A stretch of 64,000 bases of DNA from Octopus vulgaris. Lineage: Eukaryota. Shown here piece after piece: positions 39,480-53,023 of this stretch. The position numbers and the translations under genes were made by a program. The notes beneath the pieces are model-generated. The model worked only from the letters and a program-made list of their open reading frames with translations, searched no databases and had not been told where the DNA came from. How positions within the stretch are numbered: position 1 is the stretch's first letter; each line of letters opens with the position of its first letter. Where the stretch lies: contig OX597830.1 of assembly GCA_951406725.2 (NCBI GenBank), forward strand, positions 58,280,001-58,344,000, given 5' to 3'.

Positions 39480-39960
39480 AAAGATGATTCTGCTCCTTCT
39501 GCTTGCATAGCTATTAACAATGGACATGAGTTTAGTAGGCTGTAAAAGAGAAAGCAATGTACCAACAGCATCAAACAGATTGAAATTTGATACCAGAAAA
39601 TGAAAAGTTGCACCAAATAGAGGACATCCTCAATGGCAACCACAGCAGGTCGTTAAAGCCCATCAGTGAGCAGCTGATGGAGGCAGAGTCCAAAATCAGA
39701 TGCGTGCTGCAGGAGGTCATCATATACAAGTCCTGTGTGATGAAGAGAGAGGTCAGTTCATGTCCAGTAAAACCCTCTGAACCTGATTATGTGACTCTCA
39801 ACATCATGTGGACTCCTAGGTCTCTCTATTCAAACCCCTTAGATTATTGCAGCTGGGGTATCATTGGGAGGGTGACCCCCACAATGTCAAGAAGTCATGA
39901 GTGGCATGGGTGGAAGCCACTGATCCTAGCATGCAATCTGTCACTACATCAACGCCACTG
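39480..39960 (+). mobile_element. Very decayed maT/Tc1-mariner remnant
   Basis: WTPRSLYSNPLDYCSWG resembles WPPxSPDLNPLDYxVWG. Confidence 0.45.
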
Positions 39961-40009
39961 TTAGGGCAGAAAAGAAGTTTATTAAATGGTTGGTTCCTCT
40001 GAGGCAGAC

Positions 40010-40905
<896 letters not shown>

Positions 40906-41142
40906 TTTTCTGAGAGCATGTATTTTTACTGCTTTTTTTTTTGTATTTTTTCTTCTTACATTTTGTCTTGATCTTGGTTGCCAGTATAAAACAAAGGGAT
41001 GCAGGGAATTAAATTGAAGAAGTTTAGGAAAATATTGTTTGTTGTCACAAATGAGATTTTTAGTAAATTTATGTAATAATTTTGAAAAGAATTAAAAGGG
41101 GGCACAAAAAAAAAAGAACTTTAAATCTTTATTTCAAGGTAC

Positions 41143-41389
41143 CTTATTTTGCATCTTGATTGCAGCTAAAATAACTGGGTATTGCGAACTTTGGATGAGT
41201 GGATTAATATCCTAATGCTCTGTTCTGATTAAGAGATTAATACTAGTAATCAGTATTTTGCATCTTGATTGCAGCTAAAATAACTGGGTATTGCGAACTT
41301 TGGATGAGTGGATTAAGTATCCTAATGCTCTGTTCTGGGGGGATTACATTAGCCAGAGTTCCAGCACATTCTTCAGCTGCTTTCACAAC
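41143..41389 (-). CDS. CLASP: CLASP exon (VVKAAEECAGTLAN...LAAIKMQNK) disrupted by internal duplication; premature TAG at 41245-41243
   Basis: Acceptor TTCTAG| at 41389 and donor AAG|GTACC at 41143. Conserved VVRAAEE / LAAIKMQ motifs. The exon is 247 nt against 138 nt expected. Confidence 0.85.
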
Positions 41390-41592
41390 CTAGAAAATAT
41401 AAAGACATTAGCAACTGTGAGCTAAAACTAATACAAAAGAAAGAGCGTAACAATTATCAAACCAAATTCTAAGAATGTATGTTATAGAAAGCAGATTTGA
41501 AATATTAACAGAATATCAAGAATTTAGTTTAACCTTTTAGCATTTGGATTATTCTGTCAAATGTAATGTTTATTTATTCAAATTATTTTGAA

Positions 41593-42712
41593 CTAGTGGG
41601 ACCCGTGAATATTTCATGGAATTAATGGTAAACCTATTGGGTTATTTCTGTAAACTTTATCCAAAAGCCCTGAAGTGTAGCCTGTATTGTGTCTGTACGG
41701 AAAGACAGTCGATCATCTGCTACTTTACGCACAATTTTAAAGACTTAATACACAGCACTCATAAAAAATATATTCACTTATTTTTCCATTTTTCCAAAAA
41801 CAAAAAGATATCCCATACATATGATACAACCTTTGCCATGTAAATAAGCGTGAATATTTTGAGAAGACCCGGCAAGGCAAGTGAGACCATAACCTGTGGC
41901 CAGTGGTGTATAACCAGCCCACTTATGAGTACCCCTCATTCATTGGACAATAAACTTTGCTTGCAAAGACCTGCTGAGGTAAGTGAAATCAAAAATGTTG
42001 ACTTGGCTCATGACAGTACCGCCTGATTGGCACTTGTGCCAGTGGAACATTAAAAGCATCATCCGAGCGTGATCATTGCCAGTGCCACCGGACTGGCTCC
42101 TGTGCAGGTGGCACATTAAAAACACCTTTGAGCATGGGTGTTGCCAGTACCGCCTGACTGGCCCTCATGCTGGTGGCACGTAAAAGCACCCACTACACTC
42201 TCAGAGAGGTTGGCGTTAGGAAGGGCATCCAGCAGTAGAAACTTTGCCAGATCAGATTGGAGCCTGGTGCAGCCTTCTGGCTCGCCAGTCCTCGGTCAAA
42301 CCATCCAACCCATACCAGCATGAAAAGCGGATGTTAAACAATGACGATGATTTCACGGAATTGCACATGTGTTAAGTGATCCGTGATAGAAAAGACTTAG
42401 TTCACTTAAATAAAAAATACACTTTTCACAATCCAATCACCACCACCTCCATCACCATATCCCTCTTTGTCTTTCTTTAACCTTACCATCAGAATATCAC
42501 CCCTCTGCTAAAATTATTACGTCCCCCCCCCACTCTACCTCACATCATGGACATTTCTCTCTCTTTCCCTTCCACCAATAATGTGAAAGCATTACAATTA
42601 CATTTCCTCTACCTCACGTCATGGACACTTCTCTCTCCCTCTTTTTCTCTCATCACATGAAAGTGTTACCAACAGGCTAAGTAATGCAACAACAAGCAGA
42701 ATTATTATAAGA
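41593..42712 (-). mobile_element. Non-autonomous Helitron (itself interrupted by an RTE 3' fragment ~41850-42350)
   Basis: Minus strand starts TC(TTATAATAA), ends with a hairpin (plus strand CCGTGAA-TAT-TTCATGG) then CTAG, and sits between A and T. Confidence 0.65.
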
Positions 42713-42812
42713 TTAATCATGCATCAACATGTAGTTTTCAAAGTCCAATGATGTGATTGTTAATTTTTAGAATGACATTATAGGATAAGTATGGGAGGCC
42801 CGATCTGGCTAA

Positions 42813-43196
42813 TCTCTCTCTATATAAACGGCAGTTTGTCTGTGTGTGTTTCTGTGTGTCTGTTTGGTTGTACCCTCACCCTGACCACGGCTTTCAACCG
42901 ATTCTGATGAAACTTGACACACACATAGCCCAATGTCATAATTCAAAACTAACGCAGCGAAAATTTTGAAAAGTTCCCCCAGTTCTGAAAAAGATCGATA
43001 AATTCGACATGGGGTCGACAATCAGAAACACAAACCACAGATGGTCTAGGGGACGCAACTCGACCTTTTTAACTATCAAAAAAATTTACCATCATTTTTT
43101 CCCCCATTTTTTTGCTATTTTTTGGCTATAACTCTCTAAAAATGCTTTATAGTTATTTCCCTTACAAACCTGAGCAACGCCGGGCGATACTGCTAG
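42813..43196 (+). mobile_element. Non-autonomous Helitron
   Basis: A|TCTCTCTCTATATAAA start, subterminal hairpin CCTGAGCAACGCCGGG, CTAG|T end. Confidence 0.8.
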
Positions 43197-43300
43197 TTTG
43201 AATATAAAAGGATATTTGGGCTGGATATGGGGGCCCAGTTTAAATGCTAATTAATAGCTATAGGCAAATAACAAAAAGTAGGGCAATAAAATAAACTCAC

Positions 43301-43429
43301 CTCTCGAATAAGATCTTTATGTGATTCTAATACCTTTAGAATAGTTAACTCTGCATAATCTTTAAATCGAGTTGGTTGGTTGTGCAAAATGTCTCTTAAT
43401 ACACACAAAGTGAGGCCTCGAATTTTATA
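43301..43429 (-). CDS. CLASP: CLASP exon (YKIRGLTLCVLRDILHNQPTRFKDYAELTILKVLESHKDLIRE)
   Basis: 129 nt, phase 0-0; conserved QP.RFK.YAELTI.K.LE.HKD motif. Confidence 0.93.
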
Positions 43430-43536
43430 CTGAAAGGAAAAACAACAATAATAAGTCATCAGAGACGCAATTTGGAAGTAAAAGATTTTTGAACCGGAAT
43501 AAGAAAAAAAGAAAAGTGAAACAAAGCAATACTGAC

Positions 43537-43663
43537 ATCATCATCAGCTAAAGTTTCCAGAAGAATTAACAAAACTGGTTTGAAATGCTTGTCCCATAAC
43601 TCTGTTTTTCCGTCTATAGCTAGCTTCATTAGTAAATGCATTGCATTCTTTCTCTCATCGTTG
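43537..43663 (-). CDS. CLASP: CLASP exon (NDERKNAM...WDKHFKPVLLILLETLADDD)
   Basis: 127 nt, phase 2-0; conserved W..HFK..LL.LLETL motif. Confidence 0.92.
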
Positions 43664-44479
43664 CTGGTGTAGAAAAGAAAAAAAAAGGATATCAGAATTA
43701 TATATATGAATCTATAATTCAAGCTGGGGTGGAGAGTTGTGAAATTATTAAAATTCATAAAACTGGGGCATCTTTATAAGACAATCAATTGAAGCAGGGG
43801 ATTAAAAAAAAACAAAAGTCATTGGGAGATTTTTAGTCTTCTTCCAGGAGAAGAGAGTTGGGAAAGGTTTTGAAGACATTCTTTGATAGTTTTCTGCATT
43901 AGTTTGAGGGAGACTCTAAGATGTGATGGATGGATGAAATTGGGAGATATGAGATCAAAAACACTAATGCTTATAATGTGAGCAGACAACAGAGTAATAT
44001 ATTACATGTGATATCATCAAATATCTGATAGCATTCAACCAAATCAAGAATGTTATTTCAGTAAACAAAACAAATATAAAAATCATCATTTAATATGTTT
44101 CCCATGCTGGCATGGGTTGGACAGTTTGAGAGGAGCTGGCAAATCAGAGGATGGCACCAAACTTTACTGCCTGCTTTGGTAAGGTTTCTACAGCTGGATG
44201 CCCTTCCTAACACTGACCACTTTACAGGGTGCACTGGGTGCTTTTCCTGTGGTGCCAGCATAAGCGAGGTCACCAAGTAACTTGCATGACAGATCTCCCC
44301 CCCACCCCATCAACTGAGGAGAAGAAGTGAGTAATGAGAAGTTAGAGTATGAAGAGTGACACAGATATAGTAAGGGAGACACATGGCTACTCCGGTTGGA
44401 GAGGTGGGGGAGGGAGGGGGGGTAAAAACAGTAGATTGAGTCAAATATTGAGCTCTTTGCAAAATAATGAAATAGTTAC

Positions 44480-44546
44480 CGTGAATTGTGATTAGAAAGT
44501 TCTGTCAGAATTTCTTGAATTTGTTCATCTTGGTCTTGATTATTTC
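44480..44546 (-). CDS. CLASP: CLASP exon (NNQDQDEQIQEILTELSNHNS)
   Basis: 67 nt, phase 1-2; conserved L.ELSNHN motif. Confidence 0.88.
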
Positions 44547-45633
44547 CTGCAACAGAATCAATGACAAGACATGTAGAAGCTGAACGTGTGACTGTAATTA
44601 ACTCTACAGAAAGTTCAAGAAACGGTAAATGAGTGCAGAACAGACCAAGAAGGAAAACAGACACAGCATCAGCTGGTCGTTAACATAATTATGAAAACAT
44701 GATGTTAAAATAATAAACATATTTATACTAAATTACAACAGAATGAAGTTGGGACATGACACAGTAAGATGGGGGTGGGGGAATGATTACATACAATGAT
44801 TTGTGAAGATGTCTCATAATAATCTAGGTTCCTACAAACATTACTAAACAAATAAAAATGTTCAAGTTGACAAAACAAATAAAACAAAAATGAGATGCTA
44901 CATTTATAATTACGACCAATTAACTATGAGAGTCAACAAGGAGTTCTAACGTTGCACCAAAATGGAGACAAAAATAAAAAGAACCAAATATTTGATTTCT
45001 ACAGCAATCATTAAAATATTTCAACAAATACAACAGCAAATATCATACGATGAAAATCTGCCCAGCTTTACAAACTGATTGGGCAATAAAAATTTTAGGT
45101 TAAGAGATGTGATAGATCCATGCAAGTTTGTACTCAACATTGTGGATTGTCAGGAAGCAATACTTTGGTACAAACATGAAATAAAACACCACTGAAAAAC
45201 AACAACAAATCTAATTGCACAGACTGGGATGGGGGGAGGGGCACTTTCCTCATGATTAAACTATTTCGATTCCTTACACAAGATGCAATGGTAATGGTGT
45301 TAGTAAGACTATTCCACAGCTATGTAAAGAGAGATTGTCACTTAAAAGACACTAATATCAATGAATCATGCAAAACATGCAAGTGGAACAACATCTGTGA
45401 AATTATCTCGATAAAACCCCGAGTAAAGGGAAAGCAGTTTGAAAACATGTTGGTGAAGCCAACAGCAGAAACTCGGCTTGAAAGCAGCAACACAAACCTA
45501 TGGAGGTTAAATCCTAAAGTGTTAACATCAATTCTACAAAACAATAGATTAGTGGAGCAAATCTTAGACAAAAAGATCCTCACATTTAAGTAGCAAAATA
45601 AAAACAAACAAACAGCAAAACTAAAGGTCAATT

Positions 45634-48094
45634 CAGTTCTATATTTAAGAGATGAGGAATTATTTACATTATTTACATTTGACAGATATTTGTCCTCATC
45701 TTGTTTGTTGTAAACACAACGCTTTGGCTGATATACCCTCCAGCCTTCATCAGGTGTCTTGGGGGAAATTTTGAACCTGGTTCAAGAGGTTGTCTTCATT
45801 ACTTAAGAAAATAAGCAGAGATGATGATAGAAAGAGAATCCAACAAGACCTAGAAAAGTCATACATGAAAGAATTTGAAATGGTGAAGACACACCAGATT
45901 AAGAAGTTTATGAAAACTCAAAGGTCAGAGAATGAAGGCTGAAGTCCGTCACCCACCTGTAAAAGCAGTAATTAATGTAAGAAGCTGACATCTAGAAAGC
46001 TCTGAAGAAGCAGTACTGAACAAAGGTCTCAACTTTGCGACAGCCATCAAGCGCATTCCATACTTGGACATAATAGCTCCTATTGAAGAGATAGCCATAA
46101 AGATACCAAAAGCTCAGGGAGATGAACTAAGGTGGAAAGTGAGACAGGTACTAGAAAAAGCGAAACTTCCCAAACCAAACATCACTAAGGAAGAAACAGT
46201 CACTATTAAAAGACTTCAGAGTGACAATTCCATCATAATACTTCCAGTGGACAAGGGAAATGCTATAGTGGTGATGAACAAGTCTGATTATTTGGAAAAC
46301 TGGCAAGTCTTATAAGTGATGGTAGCTACCACAAAGTAAAGAAAGACCCTACTTTGAAAACAGAGGAAGTTGTCACAGATCTTGATCAAGAACAAGGATC
46401 AGTTTACACCAATGAAGTACAGACAGCTGACTCAACATCACAGTAAACTACCACACATGTACAGTCTTCCTAAGATTCACAAGGATGGTATTCCATTAAG
46501 ACATATAGTGAGCTGTAGAGGTTCAGCATGTCATCCACTGGGCCGCTTCCTTGTGGATATAATCAGTCCGTTAGCAGGACAGTCAACATCGTACGTGAAG
46601 AATTCCACCCACTTCACAGAATTGATCAAGGATACCCCCCTTGAATCCAACCAGATGTGATAAGCCTGTTCACCAAAGTCCCAACTGATGAAGCACTATC
46701 GGTGATACAAGGAAAACTAGTGACACCCATCAAAAAGAACGCATTAGTAAACCAATAAGAAACTTGATGGAAATGGTGACCTTCTGTGTTGAAACTACCT
46801 ACTTCAGTATGGACACTGATATACATCGACGAGAAGAGGGTTTAGCTATGGGTTCGCCATTATCACCGATAATAGCCAATATATACATGGAATACTTTGA
46901 GAATTTGGCTTTAGGATCAACTAAAACCAACCCTATGTCTGCGATATGTTGATGGCACCTTCATATTCTGGCCCCACCAGGAAGATGTCCAAGTGCTGTT
47001 AGATCATGTGAAGTCAATAAAGCCATCCATACAGTTCACAATGGAAAAGGAAACAGACAAGCAGTTGGCATTCTTGGACGTATTAATAACACGCACCAAA
47101 TATGGATTCAGGACCTCCGTATGCCACAAGCCGACCTTCACTGGACAATACCTCAACTTCAAATCCCACCATCCATACAGTGTAAAGAGAGGGATGGCTC
47201 AGTGCCTAAAACATTGAGCAATGAATATAAGTAGCGATCGTGATACCCACCACGAAGAAATGATCAAGCTCTGTAATAATCTATTAAGCAACAACTACCC
47301 CAAAAACATACTCTCCCCTCTAATTATGAAGAAAATAGAAGATGAAACCGATAAACTGTCCATAGTCTGTCTACCCTATGTGAAAGGCCTCTCCGAAAAG
47401 ATACAAAAGATATGCAGCCCATATGACATCAGGACAGTATTCAAGAGTAATACAGCACTTTGCAAATCTCTCCTTCGAGTAAAACCACCAATAAAAGAGA
47501 ATATGATCAAAAACTGTGTGTACTCCATCTCATGCAGCTGTGGTAGGTTATACAAAGGCGAAACATGCAAAATAAGGGTAGAGGAACATTGCAAAACTGT
47601 GATACAGGGAGATATTGATAAATCGGGTATAGCTGATCATGTATGGAAAAATGGAGATCTCCCCAACACACACACACACACACACCTTTGGGATGAAGTT
47701 AAAATAATAGACAGAGAACACCCATGGAAAATACGAAAACTAAAAGCAGCAGCACATATGCTAGGACACAACAACCTCCTAAGCAGACCGAGTGCAGATA
47801 TGAATAACATATGGGAACCGGTATTAAGGAAGGATAGGAGAATATTAGATTTATAAGCCTTAAAATTCACTCCATTATTGCCCACGGGCATATGGCATAG
47901 TGGTTAAGAGCGCAGGCAACTAACCCCAATATTCCATGTTCGATTCCAGGCAGTGACCTGAATAATAACATTGAAAAATACCTTAGGAGTGAGATTCCAG
48001 GTTCAAAATTTGCCCACACCTGATGAAGGCTGGAGGATGTGTTAACAACAAACACGATGAGGACAAATATCCGTTAAATGCAAATAATATAAAT
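45634..48094 (+). mobile_element. Decayed Penelope-like element (RT + GIY-YIG) with inverted 5' terminal repeat and 7-bp TSD
   Basis: Motifs PVDKGNAIVVMN, YSLPKIHK, GLAMGSPLSPIIANIYME, YVDG (YVDD), FLDV and CVYSISCSCGRLYKGET. 45634-45780 is an inverted copy of the 3' repeat. GTCAATT flanks both ends. Confidence 0.9.
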
Positions 48095-49127
48095 GTCAAT
48101 TAGTCAATCTTTTAATCTTACACAGGCATGACAGAGTGTATGACTATTCATATTTAGTGGTATCTAGCAATAGTAACATTAGTTTAAGATAGAGAAAATT
48201 GTAAGTTGTGATGTTCACACCTTTCCCATTGTAAGATAAATGAATACAGATACAACTAGTAACCAAAACCAGGCCATAGACTTTGCTCGTCAGCAGCTTT
48301 TCTCTTTTTAAAGACAGAGCAACTACGTTTGCAGAAACCATAATGGAGAGATGAGGACAAACAAAGGATGACAAGAGAAGTATGAAGATGTGAGCTGTTG
48401 AGAAAAAGAAAAGATCAGCTTTTGTCATGTAAACATCACAGTCTAAAAGAGAAATATTGAATGACTAAGATCAAAATTAAGAAGGATTATGGTTTGTAAA
48501 GATAACAGGATTTGAAAGGATTCATATTTCTAATTAGGCTGGAAGGGACTGAAGGTCAGTTTTTGGCAACTGGCAGTGAATGACTCACACACAAACAGAG
48601 GCACATGCACACTAATACACAAACACACAGATGTGTGCATCTACACACACACACACAAGTCTGTAGGAGCAGAATAACAGCTGTCATAAATACTGAAAAT
48701 GTATGAGGGTCAAAAATGCTACACACAGACTGCAGCCATTATTACCCAGCTGACATTAGACTATTCAGAAGATGAAGCATGAAAAGTGAGAGACAAAATG
48801 GGGGGAAAATCAGAGAAGAGATCAAATCTGTTGGACTGTCAATTAATCAGAAAATTAAAAATATAATTGTTTATTAAACAGGTCTATAAATTTGAAAGAA
48901 AATGATTTTTAATTGCAGTGAATGAGAAAACAATAACTGCAACATAAAGTAATTATTATTATTTGATACAATTTAATATTTCTGTGATATGAATGAATCT
49001 TTGAGAAAATAGAAACATATGAGTTGAATAAGGACACTTCTTGGAAAGAAAAAAAATGAACATGTTAGATTCTGAAAATTACTATTTCTAAATCTCACAA
49101 CGAGAGATATTCAACAACAGTACTTTA

Positions 49128-49585
49128 GAGTAAAGATTGTTTGCCAATACAACATGGCAGTCCTGATTTAGGACGAATGTTGCTGTAATTTAGCCCCAGG
49201 AGACATCGTCTCCAGCTAACTATGTGACACGATCTGTGTCCTTATATTTTCAAACAAGGGAATCTAGCACCCCCTCTCAGCTCAAAAAATAGTAATTTTC
49301 TAATTTATAGATCAGTGACTTAGTTGTCACTTTGAAAACTATATATATTTTGAACAGGAATTTGGCAGCGCCACCTCTAGCCGAACAATTATTCTGTGCT
49401 GATGAAGAGAAATAACCTGGAAATCACAATACACAGATATTGTTTTGAGCTGAGTGGGGGGTGCTAGATATAAGGACACAGATCATGTCATTTAGCCAGC
49501 TGGAGACGGTCTCCTGGGGCTAAATTACAGCAACATTCATCCTAAACCAGGACTGCCATGTTATGTTGGCAAACAATCTTTACTC
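49128..49585. mobile_element. MITE with ~150-bp TIRs
   Basis: GAGTAAAGATTGTTTGCCAA...CTCAGCTCAAAA at the left end and its reverse complement at the right end. Confidence 0.85.
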
Positions 49586-50211
49586 CATGTTAGATTTTGT
49601 AAGGCACCTGAGTAGCACAGACAAGGCAGTTAATTTTCCTTTTAGCAATTTTAAAGGCTTTGTAAAGTTTGAAAAATCAAATTAAATTGTATATTGACAA
49701 TAATATTTCCTTGGGAGAGAAAAAAACCCTATCTGAAACCATGTCTTCTTAAAAATACAGTCAAAAGAGTAGGTTTTAAAAAAATGTAGAAAGTTCTTAT
49801 TATTTCCTTACTTTGACATAATTTATAACCTATTTAAATATGTAAATCATATTTTATCAAATATTTCCAATTTGTAGAACTAAAATAAATCTAAATTTAT
49901 TTTCTGGAAATTAAAAAAGAAAAATGATTATACAAAAAGAAAAAAGTGTAACCCAATTTAATTCGATTGTATCAAATGGCATGCCTTTGAAACACACGTG
50001 TGCACACACATACATCCACACACCAGAGAGATGACAACATTCTAAACCAAAACAGCTTCCCAATGTTCTAACAGAGTGAATGTTAGTAAAAAAAAAAACT
50101 GTACCATAATGAAATGGAAGAGATAAAGATAATAGGGAGTGGAAATTGTACAGGATTAAAGAAAAGAGAACGTTTATGTAAAAAAAAAAAATGTTGGGGA
50201 AGAAATCTCAC

Positions 50212-50253
50212 CACATTCGGTGACCGGTATGCCCAGCAGTGACTTCCAGGGAG
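50212..50253 (-). CDS. CLASP: Candidate 42-nt CLASP cassette microexon (PWKSLLGIPVTEC)
   Basis: TTTTAACTAG| ... |GTGAGA, symmetric phase 1-1, open in the CLASP frame. Confidence 0.5.
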
Positions 50254-50444
50254 CTAGTTAAAATAGGAGGGCACAATTTTATTATTATCCATAATCACAA
50301 ATAAATAAATAATAAAAAAAAAAAACTAATTTTGGATTTCTTCTTTGAGCTAAAACATATGTAAACAGTTTAATCATTTAAAACTATTTTAAAAATAAAT
50401 GTTGTTGTTTTGTTAGTGCATGCTAATTTAGATATTTTATCTTG

Positions 50445-50700
50445 ATGTTTGGTGACAACAAGTCTCCTCAAATCTCAAGAATCTTTCTTAGAATTCTTGA
50501 AGAATATAAGATGCTATTTTTCTGCTGGTCAACAATCTCTTTCAGTTCTTTAGGTAGCATTCTGGCTGTTGTGCCAAGGGCACCAATTACTATAGGAAGA
50601 ACTGCTGTCTTAGTCTTCCACACTCTGGCTAAATCCCGATATTTCTTAAATTTTTTCAATTTCTTTTGGCATCAACTCTGCTAACATAGGGAATTGGAAA
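50445..50700 (-). mobile_element. R4/Dong-like RLE 3' end
   Basis: KYRDLARVWKTKTAVLPIVIGALG...RILRKIL; next to (ATT)n. Confidence 0.75.
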
Positions 50701-50719
50701 ATCTATTATTATTATTATT

Positions 50720-50945
50720 AAGGCAGCAAGTTGGCGGAAACATTAGCATGCCAGGCAAAATGCTTAGCGGTATTTCGTCTGCCATTACATTCTGAGTTCA
50801 AATTCCGCCGAGGTTGACTTTGCCTTTCATCCTTTTGGAGTCAATAAATTATGTACCAGTGGAACACTGGATTCAACGTAATCGTCTAGCCCCCACCCCC
50901 AAAATTTCAGGCTTTGTGCCTACAGTAGAAAGGATTATTATTATT
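50720..50945 (+). mobile_element. SINE family A, monomer
   Basis: Head, core and tail flanked by (ATT)n. Confidence 0.8.
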
Positions 50946-51596
50946 ATTATTTCTACTGCATATTTATAGACTGTCATCATCTGTCAGAACATAAAACAAT
51001 AACTGCAAGGCATCTTCCCCTGGCATTGATTTCCATCAATTAAATAAGCTCCAGTATTTAACTGGTATTTTATTTATGTCAGCCGAAGGAGGAGAAACAG
51101 CTACATTATGACTCCCAACTTGTCCACCAGTAACTAAGTATGCAGTATGCACTCTTAAAGTCATTTACCAGATATGTATAAGAAGTTGGTTCTGCCTGTT
51201 GAAGACAAGCATAATGTGAGTAAAATGGAAAAGGTGGGAAACGTTTTTATTAGATGAGAGCCAGAGATTTCTGAGGATGTTTTAACTGCTTTTTCAACAA
51301 TGAAGAGAATACATGTTCCTAGGTCCAACAGCTTCACAACACCCTAAATATACCCGTCTTCAACTAAAGGGATACAGAAGAGATGCAAGTACTTTGAACT
51401 CCCATTAATAAATAAGGACAATATATGAATTAGGGATTTGTTGGTTGGAGTTGTTAAATAAACAAAACAATTAAAATGCTTTAATGTTTCGATGGAAGTT
51501 AAATGTTGATTTATTTTGATAATTTGTTGCAAGATGGATATGAAGGCATGAAATCATTTTCAGATAAATATATTTCATTGGACATGACAATAAACA

Positions 51597-51653
<57 letters not shown>

Positions 51654-51804
51654 CACAAACAAACACAAACAAACACATACATACATAAAGAATGAAAGAA
51701 CTCTGGTGATCACAGACTGCAACAAATAAGACATTTTCAGATTAAGTTTCAAAAATAAATCCTTTTTTTCTTTTTTTGAAATGTGTTAAGAGAGGTTGGC
51801 TCAC

Positions 51805-51880
51805 CTTCATTAAATAGCTCATTGTCTACATCCAGCATAGCACCAGAAAGTGTTGTTCTGTTGTATCCATTTAAAGTATG
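51805..51880 (-). CDS. CLASP: CLASP exon (HTLNGYNRTTLSGAMLDVDNELFNE)
   Basis: CTGCAG| ... |GTGAGC, 76 nt, phase 0-1, compatible with its neighbours. Confidence 0.75.
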
Positions 51881-52764
51881 CTGCAGAAAGATTTGTGGAG
51901 AACGTTACCATCATCACTTTTAATTGACACAGGTAGAAAAAGAGATGTAATGAAAAACAGGTACGGCAAAGAATAAGGAGGGTGATTAAGTAAATCAGGA
52001 ATAATCTGAGAACTTCTTGGAAGGCAAGAAATTCAATAGAATTTAAGATTTAAAAAGAAAAAACATGACAAAAAAAATAATAAAAACAGTAAAACATAGG
52101 TTGGAAACAAAATATTCTTTAGTCTATGAAGATCAAGACTGAAGATTCTAACTTAACAAGATTCTTCAAAGAATTCGAGCCAATGTGGGAGACTGTGTTG
52201 TTTGCTCTGCTACAAACAAAAGATAAATCCCCATTAAATCACTACCTTTTAAAAGTGGACACATTGAATAATGTAGTAGTCCTAAAAACACTCTTCTGAA
52301 TGGGATGGAAGCCCTCTGATTATAGATTCACTGGATCAGAGCAGATTTGGTGCTAAATCTCCTAAAGTGGTTTCTCAGTGTCGTTCTCCAAGAAAGAATT
52401 GAGATTACAAGACAATAAGTTGATGAAACATTCATCATGTATATATTGTGGCAAGATATACCCATGGTTCCTATTTAGCACTAAGTTGAATGTGTCCTCA
52501 CTGAATCTACAGAATATAAACCAACTCGTCTTTTGACTGGGACAAAGTAATCTCAATAAATTTTGAAAGTAAAATTTGAAGAGATTAATGTTTGGAATAT
52601 AACAAAGATTATTCCATACAATTCTAATGGAAGGTTTTAATTTAAATATGAACATTGTAAAACAAACAGATTTGCATTAGGAGCCGCCAGACGGGTTGCT
52701 TGAATGAAAAAAGGAAGATTTAGAAACATGAGTCAATTTATACTCTTCTTTCTATTCAATAGAC

Positions 52765-52983
52765 CAGTGGTTTTCAACCAGGGTTCCACGGAACCTTAGG
52801 GTTCCGCCAGTACAATCCAAGGGTTCCGCAAGAAGTTACAAAACTGCTAAAATCGGCTGTAATTTTTAATTCTCCTGTGCAGATATGTGTGCATAAGACT
52901 ATTAAATTATTGCACAGGGGTTCCTCGAGCCAGTGGAATGTTTCCTTGGGGTTCCGCTCCAGCAAAAAGGTTGAAAAACGCTA
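52765..52983. mobile_element. hAT/Charlie-like MITE
   Basis: CAGTGGTTTTCAACC...GGTTGAAAAACGCTA with a perfect 8-bp TSD CAATAGAC. Confidence 0.85.
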
Positions 52984-53023
52984 CAATAGACCAATGTCGA
53001 AGTGCTTAGAATCAAATAATTAC

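Larger units (their letters stand above)
41533..43250. mobile_element. piggyBac-like MITE split by nested insertions
   Basis: TTAA|CCTTTTAGCATTT ... AAATGCTAA|TTAA ends; the interior is interrupted by two Helitrons at A|T sites. Confidence 0.55.

Noticed and set aside
47885-47960. tRNA gene call for the tRNA-like heads (also ~23800-23870 and ~58985-59055)
   Set aside because: No proper acceptor stem and always fused to the Penelope repeat; treated as a promoter/SINE head.
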